A DNA stretch of 64,000 bases from Patescibacteria group bacterium (GCA_041660605.1 JBAZWB010000001.1:622503-686502); one strand, 5' to 3'; counted from the stretch's first letter, positions 1 to 9,981 are shown. Numbers and translations: made by a program. Notes: generated from the sequence alone by a model not told the origin.

Positions 1-282
1 ATTATTGAAGTTGTTAATTGCCTCGGATAATGAAACTTTGGCATTTTCGAAGTCCTGGCTAGTTAACTGATTTTGGGCTTTTAAGAAATTATCCTTGCCG
101 CTAATCCCCTGCTGGTATATTCTCATAGCCGGCTGCCGATAAATTAAAAAAAGTAAAATCAGCCCGGAAATTAGTATAGCCAAGCTTATTATTGTCCATT
201 TGGTGTATTTATTCTTAAATAATTTTTTTATTCCTGAAGGATGCTTCGGTTGTAAAAAATTATTTTTGTTTTTCATCTGCAT
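1..282 (-). CDS. Partial (runs off window start) membrane-anchored protein, possibly DUF4012-like N-terminus
   Basis: Not in ORF track. Hand translation from ATG at 282 (alt. 276): MQMKNKNNFLQPKHPSGIKKLFKNKYTKWTIISLAILISGLILLFLIYRQPAMRIYQQGISGKDNFLKAQNQL... open to position 1; one TM helix then amphipathic helices. Confidence 0.6.
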   Translation of the reverse strand, partial: MQMKNKNNFLQPKHPSGIKKLFKNKYTKWTIISLAILISGLILLFLIYRQPAMRIYQQGISGKDNFLKAQNQLTSQDFENAKVSLSEAINNFNN

Positions 283-1090
283 TTATTATTTCTTTTCCTA
301 AATATTTAATAGAATATTTTAACCACGAAACTATATGAATTCGAGTTTGTTTACTAAAAAGGCTTATTATTCCCATCTGCTTGGCGGAATCACGGCTGTA
401 ATAATGCACTATTTCTACATCTGCAATATAAAATACTTTCCAATCATTTTCCCATAAAGTCCGGCACCAATCCATGTCTTCAAAGTACATGAAATATCTT
501 TCATCCATAAGCCCAATCTGACCGATAGCTTCATTTCTGACAATCATACCCGTCCCAATTACCCAGTCTACCGCTTTATTTGATTTGTGATCGAAGTCTA
601 GCATTAAGTGATTCCGAATATTTTTTTGCGCAAAAGGCATTTTTCTGAAAAATGTTCGGCGTAAAATCGGATAAAAAAAAGTTTGAAAGCGGCAGCAAGA
701 TACCTGCGTAGTGCCATTGGGATTAATCAATTTGGGGCCGGCCAGTCCCGCTTCCGGATGGCTGTCCATGAATTGGGCTAGCTTTTCAATGGCGCCTTTC
801 TGAACCACAGTCGTATCCATGTTTAAAATCAAATAATAGCGGCCTTCAATTGATCTAATACCAATATTTACACTGCGTGAGTAGCCAATATTTTTTTCTA
901 ATGGGATAAGTCTGACTTCTGGAAATTGTTCTCTGACCATTTCAACACTATCATCGTTAGAGTGGCTGTCAACCACAGTAATTTTATATTTTAATGTAGC
1001 TTCAGAAAGATTCTCAAACAACGATTTCAAGCATTGTCTCAATAACCCTCGCCCATTATAATTAACTATTACAATTGATATATCAAGCAT
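260..1090 (-). CDS. Glycosyltransferase family 2 (WbbL/rhamnosyltransferase-like)
   Basis: DISIVIVNYN start, VVDSHSND, LILNMDT, GLMDERYFMYFEDMDWC motifs. Confidence 0.9.
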   Translation of the reverse strand: MLDISIVIVNYNGRGLLRQCLKSLFENLSEATLKYKITVVDSHSNDDSVEMVREQFPEVRLIPLEKNIGYSRSVNIGIRSIEGRYYLILNMDTTVVQKGAIEKLAQFMDSHPEAGLAGPKLINPNGTTQVSCCRFQTFFYPILRRTFFRKMPFAQKNIRNHLMLDFDHKSNKAVDWVIGTGMIVRNEAIGQIGLMDERYFMYFEDMDWCRTLWENDWKVFYIADVEIVHYYSRDSAKQMGIISLFSKQTRIHIVSWLKYSIKYLGKEIINADEKQK

Positions 1091-1156
1091 AATTATGCGA
1101 ATTGTTGTATTTTACGGAAAAATAGACGTGCAGATATTGTACCAAATAAAATGCAT

Positions 1157-2695
1157 TTAATCAATGCTTTTGGGTGCAGATTCAATTTCGCTATCAATTA
1201 AATTTTGCTTAATTAGAAAATCACTAAAAGCTGCGGCAATGACGATCAAAAAAATACCTAGCGGGTGATTCAAATATGGAGTTGTGGCGTGAGTTACCAG
1301 TAACGCAATTAGCGAAAATATCAAACCCAGGACTAATAAATAAACAATTCTGAACTTTGTAATCTTCATAAGTTTCAGGCAATTGCTGAATATTCTCCAT
1401 ATAAAATAAAGATATACGATCAATCCTAGCATCCCGATTTTAATGGCAATATCTAAGTAGCCCCATTCAAATGCATAACTGGTATAGATACCGCCATTGA
1501 CATTTTTTGTCCTCGGATCTGATGATTTGTAACTGACAGTTGTACCAAAACCCGAACCCATTACTGGATTTTCCATTACTTTACTGGCTAATGGTTTAAG
1601 CAGATCATAGCGACTGACCAAAGCAGCTTCTTCTGTTTGAGTGATGCGATCCTTGATCAAACTACCGGTAGAAATTTGATTGGCCTTACTCCCTGGGATT
1701 TTAATATTTACTAAAAAAGTAATTGTCGCTAAATTAATTATAATAATTATTAAGGAAATTAACGCAATTTTTCCCAGACTTTTGATTCCTAATTTTTCTT
1801 TGAATATTAAATATACCAGCAAAAGAACAAAACTAACAGCTAAGGCTAGCCACAGGCTTCGTGAAAAGCTGATTATTAATGTTGTGCTATTTAAAAACAA
1901 CATAATAAATAAAAAAGTCCTATTCTTTCTTTTTAATTCGTCATTTTTATATAAAATTAGGAAAATAATGATTATCAGCAGGGCAAAAACGCACCAGATA
2001 TGGCTTTGAAAAAAAATTCTGGAGTAATTCCCTGAGATGCCTGCGATCTCCCCCACCCTGGTGTCGCGTACCCAGGTATAAACCAAACGTATTAAATCTT
2101 CTTTCGTTTGATGAGAAAAATAAAATAGCAGGAAGAATGTTTTTAAAGAAATTAAAGTCAAGCTTGCTAGCATTATTTTGAAAAAGGCTATGATCTTTTT
2201 ATAAGAATTCACTACCTGATAGGCGATAAAAATCAGACCAAAAAATAAATAAGCATTAACATCAAAAAATACATTTTTTAATATATTATGATGAATAATA
2301 CCACTAACAATACCCCAGGCAATAAAAATAACAAAAATGGTAAGTGGCCAGAATAAATTGCTATTTTTAAACACAATTTTTTTCTCCCTGATTGCGTTTA
2401 CTGCCCAGGCGACAAACACTGCCAAGAAAAGACCTAATCTGATTGATATTCTGAAATTCGACATATCATAATAAAATAAATAGCCAAAAGAGCCGGTAAT
2501 AAGTTCAGCCGTCAAAATCCAGAATCCATATTCTAGACGCCACAGTCCGACAATTAAAGTGCCGATAATCAACAAGAAGAAAATCAGTGAATTCACCAGG
2601 TTAATACTATGTCCTAAAAAGGACAAGGTTTCTAAAATTACAAGTATCAGGAATGTAATTTTGAAATAATTATCGTAAAGCTTTTCCGGTTGCAT
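1157..2695 (-). CDS. O-antigen ligase/polymerase (Wzy_C-like) multi-pass membrane protein
   Basis: About 12 TM segments; ISFSRSLWLAL, periplasmic loop with SR..., NPVMGSGFG, YLDIAIKIGMLGL. Confidence 0.75.
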   Translation of the reverse strand: MQPEKLYDNYFKITFLILVILETLSFLGHSINLVNSLIFFLLIIGTLIVGLWRLEYGFWILTAELITGSFGYLFYYDMSNFRISIRLGLFLAVFVAWAVNAIREKKIVFKNSNLFWPLTIFVIFIAWGIVSGIIHHNILKNVFFDVNAYLFFGLIFIAYQVVNSYKKIIAFFKIMLASLTLISLKTFFLLFYFSHQTKEDLIRLVYTWVRDTRVGEIAGISGNYSRIFFQSHIWCVFALLIIIIFLILYKNDELKRKNRTFLFIMLFLNSTTLIISFSRSLWLALAVSFVLLLVYLIFKEKLGIKSLGKIALISLIIIIINLATITFLVNIKIPGSKANQISTGSLIKDRITQTEEAALVSRYDLLKPLASKVMENPVMGSGFGTTVSYKSSDPRTKNVNGGIYTSYAFEWGYLDIAIKIGMLGLIVYLYFIWRIFSNCLKLMKITKFRIVYLLVLGLIFSLIALLVTHATTPYLNHPLGIFLIVIAAAFSDFLIKQNLIDSEIESAPKSID

Positions 2696-3654
2696 TATTT
2701 TTTTACTCTACTTATTAAATTCCAATGCCAAGGAAATTGTTTAAACCCCGGCGTTGATAATAAAAGCTTGTCCACTCCGTTATAAAATCTTTGCAGTTTT
2801 TTAGATGGTTTTGGTTCACGCCCAGCTAAGCGATGTTTTAATCTTAAATAAGAATCGTAAAATTCTAAAGTAAACTTTATTGGCTTTATTTCCAAAATTT
2901 CCAACCCCTGCTGACTAAATAATTTACGCAGCGATTTTTTATTAAAACCCGGGGTTTGATCGTCAGCAATTGAGTCGACTCCCCTCTGTCGTTTATTCCT
3001 GATGTATTTTTTCAACGGTTTCAAAAATTTAAAAATGGTTTTGTATGGCCAGCTGGCAGGTTCTACTCCTAAAATTATGTACCCATTGTTTTTGACTACT
3101 CTTTTCATCTCCTGCAAACCGATGGCAGGATTTTCTAAATGGTGAAATGATGCGGCCATCATTGCTCCGTCAAAACTATTATCCGCAAAGGGCAATTTTT
3201 CAGCTTCTGCTAAAATAAATTTCATTCTATTTAAAACTCCGTATTTCCCGGCTAGATCTCTCGCGTTCCGCAGAGCTTGAATGGAAATATCGGTGGCAAT
3301 TGATACTTTCCCTGATTTTGCTATTTCCATAGAATCTGCTCGGGTGCCGCAGCCTAGCTCGAGAATTAAAGAACCGTTGGGCAGATTTATAAGCGGGCGA
3401 CGGAAATGGTCGTGAAAATAAAAGGTCCTGTTATCCGAAAAATCGGCCGTGACGTTTTTATACTTATAATCCCAAAAATTCTGCTCTATTTTACGAAATT
3501 TTGATTCATTTTTTGTTAGTAAATCAAGTATACCGTCATTATTATTGTATTCGGCCTGGCAATTTAGACAGTGCAACAAATTTTCGTCAATTTTCAATTT
3601 TTGACAGCAATTCGGACAGTGCAATATTGGTAAAATAATTGAAAATTCATTCAT
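2695..3654 (-). CDS. Class I SAM-dependent methyltransferase with N-terminal Trm112-like Zn ribbon
   Basis: CPNC...CLNC; ILELGCGT motif I; DIS; AEKLPFADNSFD; LQEMKRVVKNNG. Confidence 0.85.
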   Translation of the reverse strand: MNEFSIILPILHCPNCCQKLKIDENLLHCLNCQAEYNNNDGILDLLTKNESKFRKIEQNFWDYKYKNVTADFSDNRTFYFHDHFRRPLINLPNGSLILELGCGTRADSMEIAKSGKVSIATDISIQALRNARDLAGKYGVLNRMKFILAEAEKLPFADNSFDGAMMAASFHHLENPAIGLQEMKRVVKNNGYIILGVEPASWPYKTIFKFLKPLKKYIRNKRQRGVDSIADDQTPGFNKKSLRKLFSQQGLEILEIKPIKFTLEFYDSYLRLKHRLAGREPKPSKKLQRFYNGVDKLLLSTPGFKQFPWHWNLISRVKK

Positions 3655-4514
3655 GAAGACTTGTTTTTTAATTTGAATATCTGAACAATTAAAGCTAATA
3701 ATATGCTTATTGGATAAATGATAAGCAAGGCTAAATACTCGAAGATATTTTTATGCTTAAAAAAATAGTAAAGCATACTGCGATTGAATATAATTTGTTT
3801 TGAGAGTGCATTTTTTTGCTTGAAGCTCTGCGCTCTGGCGTGAATTGCTTGCGCTTCAGGGTAATAATAGGTCAGCCAGCCGGCGATTTTGGCTCGTAAA
3901 CATAAATCCACTTCTTCATACCAGATAAAAAAATGAGTGTCAAAAAGTCCGATTTTTTTCAGCAGTTCGCGTTTTATCATAAAAAATGCTCCCATCACCT
4001 GATCAACCGGAGCTAAATTATTATAATCAAAATCGCTCATTATATATTTTTTGTATGGCACCAAATTTCTAAATATCTGATGAAGTTTCAGAAGTAAAGT
4101 TATATGTGAAAATAAATCTGGAAACCGACGGACTGATGGCTGTATGCTGCCATCTGGATATAAAAGCTGGCAACCTAAAATTCCGCACTTTTTCTGAGCC
4201 CTCATGAAGTCAACGGATTTTTCAACTGTTTGGCTGAGTATCTGGGTATCTGGATTTAATACTAATATAAATTCGCCACTGCTTTTTTTTATCCCCTGAT
4301 TGCATGCGGCAGCGAATCCTAAATTGCTGCTATTAGGGATCAAATAAACCTTAGGGAAATTGCTCTTTATCATTTCCACCGTACCATCCTCAGAATCATT
4401 ATCCATTACAAAAACCTCAAAAGTGTTATTATTAATTTTTGAATAAATTGAAGTAAGACAGGCGTGTAATTGGCTTTTGACCCGCCACGATACTATTATT
4501 ATCGAAACATCCAT
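3651..4514 (-). CDS. Glycosyltransferase family 2
   Basis: MDVSIIIVSW (ATG 4514 preferred over TTG 4550), VMDNDSEDGT, LVLNPDT, FFIWYEEVDLC. Confidence 0.9.
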   Translation of the reverse strand: MDVSIIIVSWRVKSQLHACLTSIYSKINNNTFEVFVMDNDSEDGTVEMIKSNFPKVYLIPNSSNLGFAAACNQGIKKSSGEFILVLNPDTQILSQTVEKSVDFMRAQKKCGILGCQLLYPDGSIQPSVRRFPDLFSHITLLLKLHQIFRNLVPYKKYIMSDFDYNNLAPVDQVMGAFFMIKRELLKKIGLFDTHFFIWYEEVDLCLRAKIAGWLTYYYPEAQAIHARAQSFKQKNALSKQIIFNRSMLYYFFKHKNIFEYLALLIIYPISILLALIVQIFKLKNKSS

Positions 4515-4605
4515 ATCCGATATTGTACTAATTTTTAGCCTAAAAATCAAATTAAAGTTTATAACAAAAAACGTTATTAATAACTAATAGCGATTAAAAA
4601 CGCAC

Positions 4606-5250
4606 TTATTTTTTAAATTTGTTTATCAGCAGTTTAATGATATTTGTTAAATTAAATTTTGAGATTCCGCCTGTATTTAAAGGTGCGCTGAACAGGCGTT
4701 CGGGAAACCAAATGCCTTCACTGCCTTTTTTATACATACGTTTCCATAGATCCCAGTCTTGAAATCGCTTTAAGTTCTCATCAAAATAAATAAATTTACT
4801 TCTTCTGATCAGTGACATTGTACTGATGTAATTTTGTTTGAGCAGCTTCTCGCCGTTAAACGGAAAAAGATCAAATGTATGCACGCCAAATCTGAAATTT
4901 GAGTAGCAGTAAGCTTTATCCGGATTAGACTGCAAAGTGTTAGCCATTTTTTCAACCATGTCATTTTTTAATCTAACGTCAGAATCGCAAAACAAAATGA
5001 ATTCTCCTTTTGAGATATCAAATCCCCGATTTCGCGCAACAGCCGCACCACTATTTTTTTGTTTTATAATTAATAGCTTATCTTTAAAATTACTTAAAAT
5101 TTCCTGCGTTTTATCAGTTGAACCGTCGTCAACAGCTATAACTTCCAAGTTTTTATAAGTTTGATTAAAAATATCAAGTAGCGTTGCCATTAATGTTTTT
5201 TCTGATTGGTAACATGGGATGATGATGCTAACTAAAGGTATTTTATTCAT
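4606..5250 (-). CDS. Glycosyltransferase family 2
   Basis: LVSIIIPCY, VDDGSTD, FCDSD (DxD), RFQDWDLW. Confidence 0.9.
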   Translation of the reverse strand: MNKIPLVSIIIPCYQSEKTLMATLLDIFNQTYKNLEVIAVDDGSTDKTQEILSNFKDKLLIIKQKNSGAAVARNRGFDISKGEFILFCDSDVRLKNDMVEKMANTLQSNPDKAYCYSNFRFGVHTFDLFPFNGEKLLKQNYISTMSLIRRSKFIYFDENLKRFQDWDLWKRMYKKGSEGIWFPERLFSAPLNTGGISKFNLTNIIKLLINKFKK

Positions 5251-6389
5251 TGTAAAATGTTTTTAATTTTTTCCATTTCATTTTGCCACCTATACTCTTT
5301 GATTACTCTATCACGTCCTTGTTCGCCCATTTTTTTACACATTTCCGGGTTTGTTAACAATTGTATTATGTATTTTGCGATTTCTTTTTCTTTTTCAGGC
5401 TCCACAATATACCCTGTATATCCATGCTTAATTACTTCGGAAATGCCACCGGAATTCCCACCAATTACCGGTTTACCGTACAAATTCGCTTCTAAAAACA
5501 CCATACCAAAACCCTCAACATCTACGGTCTCCCCGTTTTTATTCATTAATTCACGGGCCGGCATGGCAAATACATCTGCAGTACGATAAAAATACGGCAA
5601 TTGCTCATTTGTGACATTTTCAAAAAATTCAACTTTTTTTTGCATCCCTAATTTTTCTATTATTTTGCAGATTTCGTCCTTATATGGTCCTTTTCCGACG
5701 ATCAAATATTTTGCGTTTGGTATCATTTTTAGAATATACGGCAAAGAGCGGACCACCATATCCTGGCCTTTTCTCTTAACAATATTGCCAACTGTTAAAA
5801 TTATTTTTTTATCGTTTAAATTGTGCTCATTCTTAAAATTATTGAAAGATTGCTGATCAATTTTCTTTTCTATAATACTTAATGGTACTGGCTGGACTAC
5901 TATCGTATTATTCAAATTCGATCCCAACTCTATGGCCTTGTTGCGGGTATATTCGCTATTAGCAATTATGTAATTCGCATTTTTTAAGATCAGTTTAATT
6001 ATTTTCATCTTTCTCCAGGAATTCCTCATGATTACCAGATCTTGACCATAGACATAAACCAGGTAAGGCGTTTTGTAAATTTTTTTGATAATCAAACAAA
6101 TCAGGCCGATCGGCAATATCTGGCCAGCCTGAATAATTTTAATATTTTCGTTTCTAATTATCTTTCTGACTTTTTTAAGTAATAATAACCATTTGGGCCA
6201 AACAAATCTGAAAGATGAAATCATTTTGGTCCGGAAAATTTTGTATTTAGTTTCCGGGGAAATATTACTTGTTTCAGTCAAAACCACTATATTTTTCGCT
6301 CCCAGGCTATCGCATACGTTCCATAGACTCTTTGAAATACCTCCCTTGATCGGTGGAAAATATAAAGTCACCAATAACGATTTTTTCAT
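5247..6389 (-). CDS. Glycosyltransferase family 4 (GT-B)
   Basis: FPPIKGGI, ILTVGNIVKRKG, EGFGMVFLEA...PVIGGNSGG. Confidence 0.9.
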   Translation of the reverse strand: MKKSLLVTLYFPPIKGGISKSLWNVCDSLGAKNIVVLTETSNISPETKYKIFRTKMISSFRFVWPKWLLLLKKVRKIIRNENIKIIQAGQILPIGLICLIIKKIYKTPYLVYVYGQDLVIMRNSWRKMKIIKLILKNANYIIANSEYTRNKAIELGSNLNNTIVVQPVPLSIIEKKIDQQSFNNFKNEHNLNDKKIILTVGNIVKRKGQDMVVRSLPYILKMIPNAKYLIVGKGPYKDEICKIIEKLGMQKKVEFFENVTNEQLPYFYRTADVFAMPARELMNKNGETVDVEGFGMVFLEANLYGKPVIGGNSGGISEVIKHGYTGYIVEPEKEKEIAKYIIQLLTNPEMCKKMGEQGRDRVIKEYRWQNEMEKIKNILQ

Positions 6390-7903
6390 AAGAATTTATT
6401 TGCAAAAGAAGAGTATAATGTCTTAATATCATTTTTGTTAACGCCCTTAAAAACGTATAATAAAACAAAATATACAGCCGCACCTAAAGGCATCAGAATG
6501 AATATTGATAAATCATTTTTTAATAATAAAAGCACGATACCCATCAAAGCAGCAGCACAAAATATTTTCAGTAAATAGTTTATCAACTTTTTTTTGTCAT
6601 ATTCTACGATTTTTCCAATCCATCTCAAACCCAGGAAAAACAGTACGATGCCGCTTATCAACGCAGCTACGGCAGCGCCATTTAAACTGTATTTTGGGAT
6701 TAAAATAATGTTTATTATTACATTAATAACCACAATAATGGCCATATTTATTGTGTTAACTACCTGCTTATTGCAGGCATTTAAAAATGCGCCAACAGGA
6801 AAATTCAAGAATACTACGATTAAACCCATAATTAATATCCTCAAAGGCTGAATTGAAGTTTCATAAACGTCCCCATACATAGTCAATATGATTTTATCAG
6901 CCAGTACGAATATTCCGATTGAGATTGGCAGCGATAATACCATCAAATAGTGCATCGCTTTTTCAAAGGTTTTAGCCAGATCTTTTCTCGAGTGTACGAA
7001 AAAATAGCTCATAGCTGGAAAAATACTGGCAGCAAAAGCTGAAGGAATAAACTCAAGCGCATATGTAAGCTTATGTGCCGTAACATACCACCCGACGAAG
7101 CTTTGCCCGGAGATCTTCAGAAGCATGAATCTGTCAGTATAAGTGTAGATTTTGACGAAAATTGCAGCAATTGCAAAAGGTAAAGCGAACTTCATAAACT
7201 TTTTAATGATTTCCATATCCCAGCGCAGCGTTACCCGAATCTTCGCTTTCTTAATCAGCATTGTAAGAGAAAATACAAAATTAAAAATACTTCCTGCGGC
7301 TACTGCAATAAAAAGAGCTTGTAATCCCCAATTCAATGAAATACTTAAAACGCCGAAAATAATGGTTAATATTTGCGTACCAATCATTCCCATTGCTTCA
7401 AATTTCATGTTTTGCAATCCTCGGAAAACCGCAAAAAAAGTCAAGGTAAATGTATCTAAGGCAACTATAACTGCATCAAGATATAAAACCGTTTTTACAA
7501 TATTTGAGTAATTAGAAAAATTTGTGTACAAACCCATAGAAAGTACCACGACCAAAGCAAAAATTAATTTTATGCCTAATACACTGCCAAGATATGATTC
7601 GGTTTTATTCGGGTCTCTGGCAATTTCACGCACCAAAACCACACTTAAACTGAAATCTATCAGGATAAGAAAAATAGGTATTAAAGATTTTACCGGATCA
7701 TAAAGTCCCAGATCCACAGGTCCCAGATATCTGGCAATATATACAAAATACAAAAAAGAGAGAATCTTTTGCAGTATAAAAGCGATGGTAAGATAGCTAG
7801 TATTTTTTAAAATTCTCTCCTGAGCTTGACCGTTATTATATGACGAGTCAATTTGATTAGCGTTTTTGCCATTGAGGAGCTCGTCGTGCTTTTTTAAGTC
7901 CAT
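6386..7903 (-). CDS. Oligosaccharide flippase (Wzx/MOP superfamily); start uncertain
   Basis: ILKNTSYL...YIARYLGPVDLG, about 12-14 TM, YTYTDRFML...GWY. Nearest ATG (7903) lies inside rpsI; alternative ATT at 7852. Confidence 0.85.
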   Translation of the reverse strand: MDLKKHDELLNGKNANQIDSSYNNGQAQERILKNTSYLTIAFILQKILSFLYFVYIARYLGPVDLGLYDPVKSLIPIFLILIDFSLSVVLVREIARDPNKTESYLGSVLGIKLIFALVVVLSMGLYTNFSNYSNIVKTVLYLDAVIVALDTFTLTFFAVFRGLQNMKFEAMGMIGTQILTIIFGVLSISLNWGLQALFIAVAAGSIFNFVFSLTMLIKKAKIRVTLRWDMEIIKKFMKFALPFAIAAIFVKIYTYTDRFMLLKISGQSFVGWYVTAHKLTYALEFIPSAFAASIFPAMSYFFVHSRKDLAKTFEKAMHYLMVLSLPISIGIFVLADKIILTMYGDVYETSIQPLRILIMGLIVVFLNFPVGAFLNACNKQVVNTINMAIIVVINVIINIILIPKYSLNGAAVAALISGIVLFFLGLRWIGKIVEYDKKKLINYLLKIFCAAALMGIVLLLLKNDLSIFILMPLGAAVYFVLLYVFKGVNKNDIKTLYSSFANKFL

Positions 7904-8390
7904 ATTTTTTTCTTTCTTTGACACGAGAATCCCGGACAAGCAAATTTTTAGATTTTAATATAGGCTTCAAACTAGCATCCAAAGTCACCAGAATTCGGCT
8001 AATACCGAGCTGTATGCTGTAAGCTTGGCCACGCACGCCTCCACCCGTTACTTTAACACTGAAATCGCCAGTATTGCTAAAATTTGTAATCTTTATCGGT
8101 TCAGCTACAATTTGCCGTTCTTCAAAAATTGGGAAATAAGCATTTAAATCTTTCCCGTTTATGCTAATTTTACCATTTCCTTTTTTATAATATCTAACCC
8201 TGGCTACAGCCGATTTGCGTCTCCCTACACAGAAAACATATTCCTTTTTTACAATATTTTTTTCCGCAATTGGTATTGAAACCTTTTCTTGAGCTAAATC
8301 AGTTTTTATTGTTTTCTTTTTTGTGACTGCATGTTTCTTTTTTTTATCAGAAGTTCGCAGTATTTTTGATTTTAATTTAATAGGCGTCAT
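7857..8390 (-). CDS. rpsI: 30S ribosomal protein S9 with Lys-rich N-terminal extension
   Basis: GRRKSAVARV, GGGVRGQA, RDSRVKERKKYGLKKARRAPQWQKR; ATG at 8390. Confidence 0.97.
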   Translation of the reverse strand: MTPIKLKSKILRTSDKKKKHAVTKKKTIKTDLAQEKVSIPIAEKNIVKKEYVFCVGRRKSAVARVRYYKKGNGKISINGKDLNAYFPIFEERQIVAEPIKITNFSNTGDFSVKVTGGGVRGQAYSIQLGISRILVTLDASLKPILKSKNLLVRDSRVKERKKYGLKKARRAPQWQKR

Positions 8391-8391
8391 A

Positions 8392-8757
8392 TCAGACAAA
8401 TTTAACTTTTTTAATAATATCTTTTCTCAATTTATTTTTTGGAATCATGTTGTAAAGTACAGAAAATAATAATTTTTTTGGGTCATTCTCAAAAATTGTT
8501 CTCCAATTTTTTTGCTTCATTCCACCGGGATAACCGCTATAATGATACTTTACCATTCCATCCATTTTTTTATCAGTAATTTTAATTTTATCAAAATTTT
8601 TTATCAAAACTGATACCTGAGGTATTACATTTGGAAGATACGAAGGATCTCTCTTCCCAGTCAACATGGAAGCTATTTCACTGGCTAGCCTGCCTATGGA
8701 TTTATTTTCAGCACTAACTTCATAATTGATATGTTTTGATTTTTGGATTTTTACCAT
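8392..8757 (-). CDS. rplM: 50S ribosomal protein L13 (short)
   Basis: GRLASEIA..LTGK, YHYSGYPGG, NMIPKNKLR; precedes rpsI. Confidence 0.93.
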   Translation of the reverse strand: MVKIQKSKHINYEVSAENKSIGRLASEIASMLTGKRDPSYLPNVIPQVSVLIKNFDKIKITDKKMDGMVKYHYSGYPGGMKQKNWRTIFENDPKKLLFSVLYNMIPKNKLRKDIIKKVKFV

Positions 8758-8761
8758 ATGC

Positions 8762-9112
8762 TTAAATAAATTTTATATAAACTTCTGTTGCACCATCACC
8801 TTTACGCGGTCCGATTTTTAAAATGCTAGTATAGCCTCCTTTTCGGTTTTTATACCTAGGCGCAATATCGTTAAGCAGCTTTGTCGCAATTTTATTATTT
8901 CTAATTTTTGCGAGGATTTGTCGTCTTGCATGCAATCCGCCTTTTTTTGCGGTAGTTATTAATTTTTCTACGTATGAGCGGAGCCTTTTTGCTTTAGATA
9001 CGGTAGTCTTTATTTTTTCATATTCAATTAATGCAACAGCTAAACTTAGCTCAATATTGCGGTAAGCATAGCTGCCTTTTTTAAAATTTTTTTTGGATTT
9101 TTTATGTCTCAT
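8762..9112 (-). CDS. rplQ: 50S ribosomal protein L17
   Basis: MRHKK, EKIKTTVSKAK.LR..VEKLIT, RKGGYTSILK.GPRKGDG. Confidence 0.97.
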   Translation of the reverse strand: MRHKKSKKNFKKGSYAYRNIELSLAVALIEYEKIKTTVSKAKRLRSYVEKLITTAKKGGLHARRQILAKIRNNKIATKLLNDIAPRYKNRKGGYTSILKIGPRKGDGATEVYIKFI

Positions 9113-9126
9113 GAATATTCAATAGT

Positions 9127-9942
9127 TTATGATTCTTTTTTTGGACGGCCGCGCTTCTTTTTTGGTTTCTGGATTTCTACCTCTTCACCTGATTTTATAG
9201 AATCGGATTTTTTTATTTCAGTACTTTTAATTTCAAGCAGTGCTTCATTTTTTGAAACGCCAAATTTCATTATTTGATTAAAATGATTGTTTAATAATTC
9301 TGCTGCATTTTTTATTGCGTCAACAGGATTTATCGTACCGTCAGTGGTAATATTCAATATCAACTTATCATAATTAGTCATTTGGCCAACACGTACATTT
9401 TCGACATTGAAATTTACATTTTTTACCGGCGTAAAAACCGCATCAACGGCGATAGTCCCCAGTGCTAATTTCTTTTTTTCAATATTTTCAACCGGCAGAT
9501 AACCCCTTCCTTTTGAAATGGTTAATTCGATATCTAACTCTGAATTTTTTTCCGTTAGATTGGCAATTATCACCTCTTTATTTACTACTTCAGCGCCGCT
9601 TGTAAGCTTGATATCTTGTGCCTTTACAATCTTCTCCCCTTTTATTTTGATATTTCCCTTTATTTCATCATCTGTTAACGTTTTAAATCTGATTTTCTTT
9701 AAATTCAGGATTATTTGAACTACATCCTCTTTGACGCCGGGAATTGAAGAAAATTCGTGATCTGCTTCTTTAATTCTAAGTGCTGTTATCGCTGAACCTG
9801 GCAAGGAAGAAAGTAAAACTCTTCGTAAAGCATTGCCTAACGTTGAGCCGTATCCAGGGTAGCAGGGTTCAATAGTAATATAAGACTGAAATTCACTGAT
9901 TTTTTTTATTTCGAATTTATCAGGTAGCTGTAAGCTTTCCAT
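9127..9942 (-). CDS. rpoA: RNA polymerase alpha subunit, NTD only, with a charged C-terminal tail ending in an AT-hook
   Basis: IEPCYPGYGSTLGNALRRVLLSSLPG, HEFSSIPGVKEDV, DAVFTPV, RVGQMTNYDKL; only 271 aa, ends KPKKKRGRPKKES. Confidence 0.96.
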   Translation of the reverse strand: MESLQLPDKFEIKKISEFQSYITIEPCYPGYGSTLGNALRRVLLSSLPGSAITALRIKEADHEFSSIPGVKEDVVQIILNLKKIRFKTLTDDEIKGNIKIKGEKIVKAQDIKLTSGAEVVNKEVIIANLTEKNSELDIELTISKGRGYLPVENIEKKKLALGTIAVDAVFTPVKNVNFNVENVRVGQMTNYDKLILNITTDGTINPVDAIKNAAELLNNHFNQIMKFGVSKNEALLEIKSTEIKKSDSIKSGEEVEIQKPKKKRGRPKKES

Positions 9943-9981
9943 ACTATTAAAATTAAATGATTAATAATTATTTAGAAAATA

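Noticed and set aside
7835-7851. TTGACT...TATAAT on the minus strand at the flippase 5' end
   Set aside because: The spacer is only 5 nt, incompatible with a sigma70 promoter.
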